DNA from: Bosea sp. (in: a-proteobacteria)
GTDB lineage: Bacteria; Pseudomonadota; Alphaproteobacteria; Rhizobiales; Beijerinckiaceae
Assembly: GCA_051648385.1 (NCBI GenBank)
Contig: JBOFFB010000279.1
Location: forward strand, 1 to 36,596
Length of the DNA stretch: 36,596 nucleotides
Direction of reading: 5' to 3'
In this document: positions 18,327-27,156 of the stretch, in pieces
Position numbering within the stretch: position 1 is the stretch's first letter
Layout: every line of letters begins with the position of its first letter
Notes under the pieces: model-generated
The model's input: the letters and a program-made list of their open reading frames with translations, nothing else
What the model was told of the DNA's origin: nothing
Databases searched by the model: none
Translations under genes and position numbers: made by a program

Positions 18327-19099
18327 GCTTCACCCGTGTCGGCTGCGATGGCGTCAAGCAGGTGCACCGCGAAACTGCCCGGGCCGGTGGCCTGACCGGC
18401 AGCGCGGGCTGCCGCACGCTTCATCACGGACAAACCATGCAAAGCTGCATCAAACGCCGGCGCAATGGCGAGAAACGCGCCAATGACCGCAGTTGTGGCG
18501 CAACCCGTCCCCGTCACTTGCTGGCTCATGGCATGCCCGCCGTCCACACTGGCGATCCGGTCAGCCGCAACTACGTAATCGGTAGCTCCGGTGACGACAA
18601 CCACGGAACCAGTCCTTGCCGCCAGCCGCTTTGCGGCGTCAACGGCGGCGTCACTTCCGGCGAGCGAATCCACCCCCTTGGAAGCGCCATCAGTCTTGCC
18701 GCCAAGTGCCAATATTTCCCCGGCATTTCCGCGCAGGATGGTTGGCTGATACTCCATCAGCTTCATCGCTGTTTCGGAGCGATACTGTGTGGCACCCACG
18801 CCCACCGGATCGAGAATCCAGGGCACGGTCTGCGTGGCTGCACGCTTCGCCGCGACCGTCATCGCATTGATGAACGGGGCATCCAGCGTCCCGATATTGA
18901 CGACCAGCGCCCCGGCCATGGCAGCGAAATCCTCGACCTCCTCTGGCGCATGCGCCATGACTGGCGAAGCCCCCAGGGCGAGCAGCACATTGGCAGTCCA
19001 GTTCATCACCACGAAATTGGTGATGTTGTGGACCAGCGGTCGCCTCTCGCGCAGACGCGACAGCGCCGCGCGCAATGGTAATGTCGTTTCGGTTGGCAT
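18323..19099 (-). CDS. thiM: Hydroxyethylthiazole kinase
   Basis: PLVHNITNFVVMN, LGASPVMA, NIGTL, LDPVGVGAT, RGNAGEI, VTGTGC. Start set at the ATG after the riboswitch. Confidence 0.93.
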   Translation of the reverse strand: MPTETTLPLRAALSRLRERRPLVHNITNFVVMNWTANVLLALGASPVMAHAPEEVEDFAAMAGALVVNIGTLDAPFINAMTVAAKRAATQTVPWILDPVGVGATQYRSETAMKLMEYQPTILRGNAGEILALGGKTDGASKGVDSLAGSDAAVDAAKRLAARTGSVVVVTGATDYVVAADRIASVDGGHAMSQQVTGTGCATTAVIGAFLAIAPAFDAALHGLSVMKRAAARAAGQATGPGSFAVHLLDAIAADTGEA

Positions 19100-19100
19100 C

Positions 19101-19198
19101 CATCCCTCCGCCGGCATGACCCGGATCAGGTTCAGAAGGGTCCGGCACAACGCCGTCTCAGCTCCGGGAAGATCCACCCGATGCGCCCCTTGGAATAC
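19101..19198 (-). ncRNA. TPP riboswitch (THI element)
   Basis: Minus strand CCAAGGGGCGC...GCTGAGA...ACCCTTCTGAACCTGATCCGGGTCATGCCGGCGGAGGGA directly before the thiM start. Confidence 0.93.
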
Positions 19199-19203
19199 CC
19201 AAT

Positions 19204-19232
19204 ATCCATAAGGTTCTGGCCCGTGCTGTCAA
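19204..19232 (-). promoter_or_regulatory. Putative sigma70 promoter of the thi unit
   Basis: Perfect TTGACA at 19232-19227, then TATGGAT 16 nt downstream, ending just before the riboswitch. Confidence 0.5.
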
Positions 19233-19293
19233 CAAAGCGCTGACCATTCCACGGAGTTCTCCGAACGGACCGGCTGTGACAGCCTTGCGCTCG

Positions 19294-19320
19294 AAAGTGG
19301 GTGGCGGTTTTCCGCCACTG
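19294..19320 (-). terminator. Putative terminator of the ugp-like operon
   Basis: GTGGCGG-AAAA-CCGCCAC hairpin ~13 nt after the phosphoesterase stop, with a weak trailing TTT. Confidence 0.5.
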
Positions 19321-19331
19321 TCGGGGCTGAA

Positions 19332-20174
19332 CTAGGCGTTGCCCGGTCCCCAGGCTTTCACATCACCGTAGGCTTCAGGAAAGTTGATGAGATCGTGATG
19401 CACGATGTTGCGCACGCCCACGACCTGATGCTGGTGCTGCCCATCGACGTGGAACTCATGGCTGAGGTAACCAACCATTTTTGCACCATAGCCGGGTTGC
19501 CACGGATCACTCAGCACGAACGAGGTTGCCGGTGCCCAGATGTGGCGGCTGCCGCCGATCAGGCTATCCCGGTATTGATGCACATGGCCGCAACAGACGA
19601 GAGCTGGCACCACACCGCCAAGCAGGCCAGCCAGATGCCGCCTCGGGCTCGCCGTCATGAAGCGGTTGCTCATCAGGTCCTCGTCATATGAGATATCCGC
19701 CAGCGGCTTGTGCATGAAAATGGCCAGCGACCGGCCTCCAAGAGTTGCGACAGCATCCCTGATGAGGTCGTCCTGCCTGCCGTCATCAAGCGCGAGCCCG
19801 AGTGTCAGCGCATTGAGGCCAACCAGCCGCCAGCCCGGAATATCAAGGCTCCAGACATCAGGCCCGAAGATTCCTTTGTAGCGGGCAAGCCGCTCCGCAT
19901 TGACGGGCTGGCGACGGGCAACGTCAAGATGATCGCCGACATCGTGGTTGCCGGGCAGCATATGGCATTCCAGCCCAAGCCCGGCATGGGCGGCGCGCGC
20001 CTCCACAAGATCAGCCTCATGGTCTGCCCCATCCAGTGCCAGATCGCCGGTATTGATGACAATGTCTGGTGCATTGCCGCGCAGATGCTCCGCAACGAGA
20101 TCAAAGTTGCTGCGAAAATAGGGTTTGGCCGGCGACAGGTGTGTGTCGGATATCTGCGCGATGCGGGTGATCAT
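19332..20174 (-). CDS. Calcineurin-like metallophosphoesterase (CpdA/GpdQ-like phosphodiesterase)
   Basis: QISDTHL, NTGDL, PGNHDVG, FMHKP, CGHVHQY. Start set at MITRIAQ. Confidence 0.85.
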   Translation of the reverse strand: MITRIAQISDTHLSPAKPYFRSNFDLVAEHLRGNAPDIVINTGDLALDGADHEADLVEARAAHAGLGLECHMLPGNHDVGDHLDVARRQPVNAERLARYKGIFGPDVWSLDIPGWRLVGLNALTLGLALDDGRQDDLIRDAVATLGGRSLAIFMHKPLADISYDEDLMSNRFMTASPRRHLAGLLGGVVPALVCCGHVHQYRDSLIGGSRHIWAPATSFVLSDPWQPGYGAKMVGYLSHEFHVDGQHQHQVVGVRNIVHHDLINFPEAYGDVKAWGPGNA

Positions 20175-20250
20175 GATCTCAGTCCAAAATCTACAAGCGA
20201 CAGAGGCGTCCGGATACCGGACGCCTCGCAAGGTGGTGTTGAGGTGCGTC

Positions 20251-21561
20251 TCAGCCCTGGCGTGGGATGAGCTTGCGCACTTCGGTCGCCATATCGGCCA
20301 GCACGGCCTCGGGCGTTGCCTTCTGCTCGACGATGCGGGCGAGATTGTCGACCATCACCTGCGTGACGCGCACCGAGTTCTGGCCGGGGAAGGCGTACCA
20401 TGGCACCATCAGATGGACCTGCTTTGTGGCAGCCTGGAACAGTGGGTTGGCCTTGTAGAAGTCGGCGAGGTAGCTCGTGTCATCGATGGCCAGCTGGTTG
20501 CACGGCACATAGCCGGTGTTCTTGACCATCAGCGTCGTGCCTTCGGCTGACGTTGCGAACTTCACGAACTTCCATGCGGCTTCGAGCTTGCGCGGATCCT
20601 TGGTGGTGATCATCGCACCGGCACCACCTGTTGGCAGGCGGCCCTTGGCGGCATCGATCAAGGGCATGATCGTGGTGCCAAGTTCGAAATTGTTGCCGAC
20701 AGAAGCAGCGATCGAGCGCACCTGTGCGGTGGTGCGGAACATCATGCCAAGCTTGCCGGCGCTGAAGGCCTGCAGGTCGGCAGTGCCAGCGAAGTTCGGC
20801 ATGCCGCCTTCCTTGACCATCCGGTCGAGCAGACGGAGCGCGGCGAGGCCTTCCGCGCTATTGAACGCAACATCGCTCTCGGCTTCGTTGAGCATGCGGC
20901 CGCCATGGCCGTAAAGCAGTGCCGAGAACATCCAGTCATCGCCCGGCCAGCGAAAGAACATGCCGTCATTGCCATCGCCGAAGGCGCGGACTTTTTTCGC
21001 ATCGGCAATCACCTGATCCCAGGTTGTCGGGAACTTTGCGGGATCAAGGCCTGCGCGCTTGAGCAAGGTGGCGTTGTAATAGCTGATAGGGTTCGACGTG
21101 GCGAAAGGCAGACCACATTGCACCTTGGCATGAAAGCCAAGGCCAAGGATGGCAGGCGAGTAGCCAAGCTTGGAAAGGTCGCCTTCCTTCGCCAGCAACG
21201 GCGCGAGATCAACGGCAACGCCGCGTTCGGCGAACATGCGCAGGCGGTTGAGGCCCTGGAACGAGACTTCCGGCATGGAGTTGGTTGCGGCATTGCGCAG
21301 CAGCAGTTGCGCGCCATCCTCATAGGTCGGGGTCGGGTTGACATAGGTCGCCTTGACCTCTGGGTGCTTCTTCGTGAACGCCTCCATCACCGCGTCCTGC
21401 GCTTCCTTGAAGATCGCTGGCATCGAATAATGCACCTGGATTTCGGCGGCTTGAGCGCGAACAACGGAAGGCATGGCGACGGAGACGGCTGCGCCGCCCA
21501 TTAATGTCAGGGTGTGGCGACGGCTGATGCGCAGGTCTTTGCTCAGGATGTCATTGGTCAT
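20251..21561 (-). CDS. ABC substrate-binding protein, UgpB/CUT1 family, with Tat-like signal
   Basis: SRRHTL..GG signal peptide, YYNATLL, PTTWD, PTGGAG, AAWKFVKF, TGYVP. Confidence 0.82.
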   Translation of the reverse strand: MTNDILSKDLRISRRHTLTLMGGAAVSVAMPSVVRAQAAEIQVHYSMPAIFKEAQDAVMEAFTKKHPEVKATYVNPTPTYEDGAQLLLRNAATNSMPEVSFQGLNRLRMFAERGVAVDLAPLLAKEGDLSKLGYSPAILGLGFHAKVQCGLPFATSNPISYYNATLLKRAGLDPAKFPTTWDQVIADAKKVRAFGDGNDGMFFRWPGDDWMFSALLYGHGGRMLNEAESDVAFNSAEGLAALRLLDRMVKEGGMPNFAGTADLQAFSAGKLGMMFRTTAQVRSIAASVGNNFELGTTIMPLIDAAKGRLPTGGAGAMITTKDPRKLEAAWKFVKFATSAEGTTLMVKNTGYVPCNQLAIDDTSYLADFYKANPLFQAATKQVHLMVPWYAFPGQNSVRVTQVMVDNLARIVEQKATPEAVLADMATEVRKLIPRQG

Positions 21562-21591
21562 GTCGGTGGTCCTTCTGGTTGAAACCGGCAC

Positions 21592-22446
21592 TCAGCCCTT
21601 GAGCCCGGTCATGGTGATGCCTTCGATGAAACGGCGTTGGGCAAACAGGAACGCGAGCACGAGCGGCGCAGTCACGAGCAGCGCGGCTGCCATCAGAGCG
21701 CCATAGTCCTCGCCCGCTTCGACCGAGCGGAAGGCGAGAATGCCCATGGCGGGCGTGTAAAGGTCGCCCTTCTGGATGACGATCAGCGGCCAGAACAGAT
21801 CGTTCCAGTGCGCCACCACCGAGAAGATCGCGAAAGCCGTTGCGGCTGGGACCGCATTTGGCAAGATCACCCGCCAGACGATAGAGAACTCGCCCATGCC
21901 GTCGATCCGGGCAGCATTGATCAGGTCGTCGGGAATGGCGCGGAAGAACTGGCGGAACAGGAAGATCGCGAACACCGAACAGGTAAAGGGCGCGATCAGT
22001 GCCGTGTAGCTATTGAGCAGCCCGAGTTGGTGGATGCCAAGATAAAGCGGCAGGGCAGTGGTCTGGTAAGGCACGAGTAGCCCCAGCATAACGAAGCCAA
22101 AGACCACTTCGCGGCCCCTGAAATTCAGCTTGGCCAGTGCGTAAGCCGCCGGTACCGCAAACAGGATCTGGAAAAACAGGATGCCGAAACAGACAATCAG
22201 GCCGTTGACCACATAGGTCCAGATCGGGATCGTCTTCAGCACCTTGCCGTAATTTTCGATCAGTGCCCATTTCTGCGGGATGAGCGACAGCGAGGCCTTG
22301 AAGACCTCGTCCTGCGGCTTCATCGACACCGCCACCATCCAGATATACGGGGCCAGCACCACGAAGGCCGCCAGCGCCAGCAGCGCCAGGCGAGGCAAAT
22401 CCTTGAACAATGGGACATCGTTGATCAACGGGCTGTTCTGCATCAC
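21592..22446 (-). CDS. ABC permease, UgpE/MalG-like
   Basis: AAYALAKLNFRGRE, FLFRQFF.AIPDDLINAARIDG (EAA-like loop), HWNDLFWPL. Confidence 0.88.
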   Translation of the reverse strand: MMQNSPLINDVPLFKDLPRLALLALAAFVVLAPYIWMVAVSMKPQDEVFKASLSLIPQKWALIENYGKVLKTIPIWTYVVNGLIVCFGILFFQILFAVPAAYALAKLNFRGREVVFGFVMLGLLVPYQTTALPLYLGIHQLGLLNSYTALIAPFTCSVFAIFLFRQFFRAIPDDLINAARIDGMGEFSIVWRVILPNAVPAATAFAIFSVVAHWNDLFWPLIVIQKGDLYTPAMGILAFRSVEAGEDYGALMAAALLVTAPLVLAFLFAQRRFIEGITMTGLKG

Positions 22447-22447
22447 A

Positions 22448-23389
22448 TCACCCGTAATGCACGCGCCGGTCGATCAACCGGGTCTGGAGCAGCATCAGGC
22501 CAAGCACGATGGCGAGGAAGACAAGCGTGATCGCAGCGGAGTAGCCGAATTTGAAATAGTGAAATCCCTCCTGGTAGATCGTGCGCAGAAGCACTTCGGA
22601 GGCGTTGTTCGGCCCGCCTTGCGTCAGGGTCTGCACCGTGTCGAAGACGCGGATCGAGCGCGTCATGGTGATGATGATGACGAACAGCATGGTTGGACCC
22701 AGCATCGGCCAGGTTACCAGCCAGAACTTGGACCATCCGCTGCGCGCGCCGTCGATTTCCGAGGCATGGTAGAGTTCACGCGGGATCGCCGTCAGACCTG
22801 CCAAGAACAGCACGAGGTTGAAGCCGACATTCTCCCACACGCCGATAAAGCCGAGCGAGACGATCACCCAATCCGATGAGCCGAGCCAGTTGGGCGTGCC
22901 AGCACCCACCATGCGCAGAACTGCGTTCAGAGGCCCGATGCTGGGATGCAACAGATATTGCCACGCCGTCGCCATCGCCACCGTGAGCGATACCACCGGC
23001 AGGAAGAACACCGCCCGCCAGAACGCCCGGCCGCGCGCGCCAGCCTCGATCAGGACGGCCAGCCCGAGTGCAATGCCGATGGAAAGCGGCGCAACGAACA
23101 GGCAGTAGATCACGGTGTTGCGGATCGAGGCGGCAAAGGTGCGGTCGCTCAGCATGTCGGCAAAGTTGCCGAAGCCGATCCAGCGAAATCCGCGCGAGCC
23201 GAACTCATAGTCGGTGAAGGCCAGCGCCAGCACCGCCAGCAAGGGTAGCAGGATCATTGCGAGATAGGCGAGGATGGCCGGCAGGGTCAGCAGCCAGGCA
23301 ATGCCGGCATCGCTGCGCATGATGCGCGCGCGATTGGGCATTGTGGCTGTCGGGGCCGAACCGTGCATCATCACGTCAGCCACGGGCAT
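22448..23389 (-). CDS. ABC permease, UgpA/MalF-like
   Basis: WIGFGNF, FFLPVV, FLAGLTAIPRELYHASEIDGA, TQGGPNNAS. Exact start uncertain. Confidence 0.88.
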   Translation of the reverse strand: MPVADVMMHGSAPTATMPNRARIMRSDAGIAWLLTLPAILAYLAMILLPLLAVLALAFTDYEFGSRGFRWIGFGNFADMLSDRTFAASIRNTVIYCLFVAPLSIGIALGLAVLIEAGARGRAFWRAVFFLPVVSLTVAMATAWQYLLHPSIGPLNAVLRMVGAGTPNWLGSSDWVIVSLGFIGVWENVGFNLVLFLAGLTAIPRELYHASEIDGARSGWSKFWLVTWPMLGPTMLFVIIITMTRSIRVFDTVQTLTQGGPNNASEVLLRTIYQEGFHYFKFGYSAAITLVFLAIVLGLMLLQTRLIDRRVHYG

Positions 23390-24515
23390 GTTCCCGTGCC
23401 CGCACCTGAGCAGCGATCCGCCGCCCGTCGCCATCGAACAGCAGGGCCTTCGATGGGTCAGGCCTCAGATGTATTGTCTCGCCGCGCGCCATCTGCCTGC
23501 GCATTTCCGGCGGCAAACGGCAGATCATCAACTCGTCGCTATCCAGCAGTCGCGCATGGACCAGCAGGCTCTCGCCCAGATACTCGAGATGCTCGACACG
23601 CGCGGCAATGCCTGACGTATCAGGCGTCATGTCCTCGGGGCGGATCGCCATCAGCGCCGGGCCGGATTGCTGCGCACCAAGCCCGACAGCCAGTCCGCCA
23701 ACCATCACATGACCTTCAAGGTTCACCTCCGCCGCCATGACATTGATCGAGGGCGAGCCGATGAAGCGCGCCACACGCAAATCCTGCGGATTGGTGTAAA
23801 TGTCTTCGGGCGTTCCGACCTGCAGGATCTGTCCGTCCATCATCACGGCAACCCGGTCCGACATCGTCATGGCTTCAGACTGGTCATGGGTGACATAGAC
23901 AGTGGACGCGCCAACACGCCTGTGAAGTGCAACGATTTCCGAGCGTGTGGTGACGCGCAGTGCCGCATCGAGGTTGGACAAGGGCTCGTCCATCAGAAAG
24001 GCTTGCGGGTGGCGGACAATGGCCCGCCCAAGTGCCACGCGCTGGCGCTGGCCGCCCGAAAGTTGCGCAGGCTTGCGCTCCAGAAGCTTGCCGATGCCGA
24101 GCATGTCGGCAGCGCTGACCACATCGGCGTTGATGACGCGGCGCTTGTCGGCCACGCCGGGCAGAAAGCCGCCGATCAGCGGAATGCGCTCCGCCGCGGT
24201 CAGCCGACGCATCATCAGCGGCACACCAATGTTCTGGCGCACAGTCAGATGCGGATAAAGCGCATAGTTCTGGAACACCATGGCCACATCGCGGTCAGCT
24301 GCACGCAGCGCGGTGACATCCACTCCCGCGATCTGGACTGTTCCACTGCTGACAGGTTCGAGGCCAGCAATGATCCGCATCAGGGTTGTCTTGCCGCAAC
24401 CGGACGGACCGACAAGCGACAGGAACTCGCCTTGCGCGACCGACAATGAGACGCCGCGCAGAACCACTGTCGTCCCGAACGATTTCTGGATGTCGTTGAG
24501 GACAATCCCAAGCAT
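23376..24515 (-). CDS. ABC ATP-binding protein, UgpC/MalK-like
   Basis: GPSGCGKTT, MVFQNYALYPH, LSGGQRQRVALGRA, MDEPLSNLDA, YVTHDQ.EAM, C-terminal TOBE-like region. Confidence 0.9.
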   Translation of the reverse strand: MLGIVLNDIQKSFGTTVVLRGVSLSVAQGEFLSLVGPSGCGKTTLMRIIAGLEPVSSGTVQIAGVDVTALRAADRDVAMVFQNYALYPHLTVRQNIGVPLMMRRLTAAERIPLIGGFLPGVADKRRVINADVVSAADMLGIGKLLERKPAQLSGGQRQRVALGRAIVRHPQAFLMDEPLSNLDAALRVTTRSEIVALHRRVGASTVYVTHDQSEAMTMSDRVAVMMDGQILQVGTPEDIYTNPQDLRVARFIGSPSINVMAAEVNLEGHVMVGGLAVGLGAQQSGPALMAIRPEDMTPDTSGIAARVEHLEYLGESLLVHARLLDSDELMICRLPPEMRRQMARGETIHLRPDPSKALLFDGDGRRIAAQVRAREHARG

Positions 24516-24585
24516 TCTGACCCCGATGCGTTTATGCTTCGAGGGTCGGAATGCTCGCTGAGCATGAAGTTTTCACAACGACTTA

Positions 24586-24603
24586 ATGACGCAGATGTGA
24601 AAC
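24586..24603 (-). promoter_or_regulatory. Pho-box-like site upstream of the ugp-like operon
   Basis: Minus strand GTTTCAC-atct-GCGTCAT, 11-bp period, ~70 nt before the start codon; both halves are degenerate. Confidence 0.5.
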
Positions 24604-24706
24604 CGGAAACGGGGCACGCTTATCCCCATAGCGCGACAAGGGCCTACGTCACCCTACCTGACGCGCGCCACTTGCGCTCGGTCGAAAGGGACTGACACCG
24701 TGCCGA

Positions 24707-26269
24707 TCAGTAAAGGTAATTCGGCAGCCACAGGATGATTTGCGGGAAGATGTAGACCGTGATCATCGCCAGCAGCACGATCCAGAGGAAGGGCATCACG
24801 CCTGCGAAAATCTCGTTGATCGAGACATGCTTGGGCGCAACACCTTTGAGATAGAACGGGGCCATGGCCACCGGCGGCGACAGGAACGAGGTCTGGATAT
24901 TCAACGCAATCAGGATGCCGAAGAACACCGGATCAATGTTGAACTGCTGCAGCAGCGGCAGGAAGATCGGCACGAAGATCACGATGATTTCGGTCCATTC
25001 CAGCGGCCATCCGAGCACGAAGATGATCACCTGTGTCAGGATCAGGAAGACTGTCGGTGACGGGTTTACCCAAGCGACAAGCGAGCGGATCGGCTCATGA
25101 CCGCCGAGATAAGCGAAGATCGACGAGAAGATGAACGAGCCGACGAAGAGCCAGCACACCATGGCCGAGGTACGCCCGGTGAGGAACACGCTCTCCTTCA
25201 GCTTCTGGAAGCTCAGCGAGCGGTAGGCGGCGGCGAGGATCAGTGCTCCCAGCGTGCCGATGGCGGCAGCCTCGGTTGGCGTGGCGATGCCGAAGAAGAT
25301 TGCGCCAAGCACCGACATGATCAGCAAGGTCAGCGGAAAGAAGCTCGAAGCCAGCGCTACGAACACCTTCTTGCCAAGCAGAAACAGCATGGCGAGACCC
25401 GCGACACCACCCGCAGCGACGATGTAACCCAAGGCGTTGGGCACATTGTAGTCGATTGGGCGCACGCGCGCACCAACAGGCGTGAACAGCCCACGGAAGC
25501 TGTTGAGAAACCATTCGAGGAATAGCACGCCAACATAGATCGCCGGGAAGGCAAGCACGGCAACGATCAGATACTTGATGAGAAATCCCTTGTCCCGGTC
25601 GAAGTCAAAGCCCAGCACCTCGCGCTGCTCGACGGGCAGCTTGGGTGCCAGTGACGGGTTCATCATGCAGCGGACAAGGACATAGACCATGTAAAAGCTA
25701 GCCAACATCAGGCCGGGAAACAGCGCCGCTGCATAAAGCTTGGGAACCGACACACCCGCCGTTGCGCCATACAGGATCAGCATCACCGATGGCGGGATCA
25801 GGATGCCGAGGCAGCCGCCCGCGCAGACCACACCGGCGGAGAGCCTTGTGTCATAACCAGCCCTGAGCATGGCCGGAAAGGCGAGCAGCCCCATCAGCGT
25901 CACCACCGCGCCGACAATACCGGTGGCCGTCGCGAAGATGGCGCAGGTTGCCAGCGTGGCTATCGCCAGCGAGCCGGGCATCCAGCCAATCGCCAACTGG
26001 ATGGCGTTGAACAACCGGTCGAGAATATTCGCTCGCTCGATGATGTAGCCCATGAAAACGAACAGCGGGATCGAGACCAGAACATCATTGGCCATCACAG
26101 AATAGGTGCGCTGCACAACCAGCTGGAAAACCGTGTCGCCCATGGCGAGGTAGCCAAAGCCGATGCCGAGCGCCATCAGCGTGAAGGCAATCGGGAAGCC
26201 GAGCATGATGAACGCAACGAAACAGCCGAGCATCAGCACACCAAGCTCGGGGTTGGAGAGGCCAAGCAT
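24707..26269 (-). CDS. TRAP transporter large permease (DctM family)
   Basis: GFPIAF, SIPLFVFMG, ATATGIVGA, GILIPPS, ATPTEAAA, LGWPLEWTEI, QTSFLSPP. Confidence 0.92.
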   Translation of the reverse strand: MLGLSNPELGVLMLGCFVAFIMLGFPIAFTLMALGIGFGYLAMGDTVFQLVVQRTYSVMANDVLVSIPLFVFMGYIIERANILDRLFNAIQLAIGWMPGSLAIATLATCAIFATATGIVGAVVTLMGLLAFPAMLRAGYDTRLSAGVVCAGGCLGILIPPSVMLILYGATAGVSVPKLYAAALFPGLMLASFYMVYVLVRCMMNPSLAPKLPVEQREVLGFDFDRDKGFLIKYLIVAVLAFPAIYVGVLFLEWFLNSFRGLFTPVGARVRPIDYNVPNALGYIVAAGGVAGLAMLFLLGKKVFVALASSFFPLTLLIMSVLGAIFFGIATPTEAAAIGTLGALILAAAYRSLSFQKLKESVFLTGRTSAMVCWLFVGSFIFSSIFAYLGGHEPIRSLVAWVNPSPTVFLILTQVIIFVLGWPLEWTEIIVIFVPIFLPLLQQFNIDPVFFGILIALNIQTSFLSPPVAMAPFYLKGVAPKHVSINEIFAGVMPFLWIVLLAMITVYIFPQIILWLPNYLY

Positions 26270-26952
26270 CAGGCAGTTCCCTTCTGAGCCGCTTCGGCCT
26301 GTTCCAGAATGAGTTTTTCGGTTTCTTCGACGTCATGCAACCGCTCGGGCCACTGCCCGGTCTGCAGGCATTGCACGCAGCGCACCACTTCCGCCAAACC
26401 CTGAAGGATCATGAAGCCGCCAACCAGCGGGATGAGCGACTTGAAATGATAGACGGGCGGGCCGTTCGGCGAATTGGACGAATGCTCGCCAATCATCCAA
26501 GAAAATGAGGCAAACCCGTACCCAGAATAACAAAGCGCGAGGATGCCGGGGAAGAAAAACAGGAAATACAACACAAGATCGAGGCCCGCCTGCGTCCGCG
26601 GGGCCCAACTGCGATAGGCAAAATCACCACGCACATGGGCATTTCGCGTCAGCGCATAAGGCCCCGCGAGCATGAACAGCGCGCCATAGAGGATGTAAGA
26701 CACATCGAAGGCCCACTCGGTCGGTGACTGCAGCAGATAGCGCGAGAAGACCTCGTAGCTCATTGCAAATGTCAAAATGAGGATGGCCCATGAACCGGTC
26801 TTGCCGACGGCCGTCGAAACAGTGTCGATGCCGAACAGCACTGCGTCGAGCACCGAGCGCGAGCCGCGCTTCAGGATGCACCAGGCGAGGTAGAGAGCGA
26901 CCACTGAGAAAGCACCAATCAACAGTGCGTTCAAGGCTGCGGATACGATCAT
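26269..26952 (-). CDS. TRAP transporter small permease (DctQ family)
   Basis: YEVFSRYLL.SPT.WAFD, LYGALFMLAG.Y.L...HVRGD, FFFPG, PVYHFK. Start uncertain. Confidence 0.88.
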   Translation of the reverse strand: MIVSAALNALLIGAFSVVALYLAWCILKRGSRSVLDAVLFGIDTVSTAVGKTGSWAILILTFAMSYEVFSRYLLQSPTEWAFDVSYILYGALFMLAGPYALTRNAHVRGDFAYRSWAPRTQAGLDLVLYFLFFFPGILALCYSGYGFASFSWMIGEHSSNSPNGPPVYHFKSLIPLVGGFMILQGLAEVVRCVQCLQTGQWPERLHDVEETEKLILEQAEAAQKGTA

Positions 26953-27103
26953 GTAGATGTCCCGTATGTAATGGGCAAAGCAACGCTTGGATGTCATGAA
27001 CGGCGGCCTGCAATCACGCAAGCAACCACCGCAAATTTCTGTGAAAACAAGCGTCAGAGCGAGACGAGACGCGCATGATTTCCAGGCAGAAGACAACAAT
27101 GTG

Positions 27104-27136
27104 GGAGACATCGACGTTGCTCACGCCGATGTCTCC
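27104..27136 (-). terminator. Hairpin after the TRAP binding-protein gene
   Basis: Perfect 10-bp stem GGAGACATCG/CGATGTCTCC about 20 nt after the stop codon. Confidence 0.55.
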
Positions 27137-27156
27137 TCATAGCCAGGATGTGCGGA

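Noticed and set aside
19100-19177. N-terminal extension of ThiM in the ORF track
   Set aside because: It lies within the TPP aptamer; the SD and ATG at 19099 are the better start.
17649-24515. Single operon linking the ugp-like transporter to thiamine salvage
   Set aside because: A hairpin at 19301-19318 and a separate TTGACA promoter plus riboswitch divide the two units.
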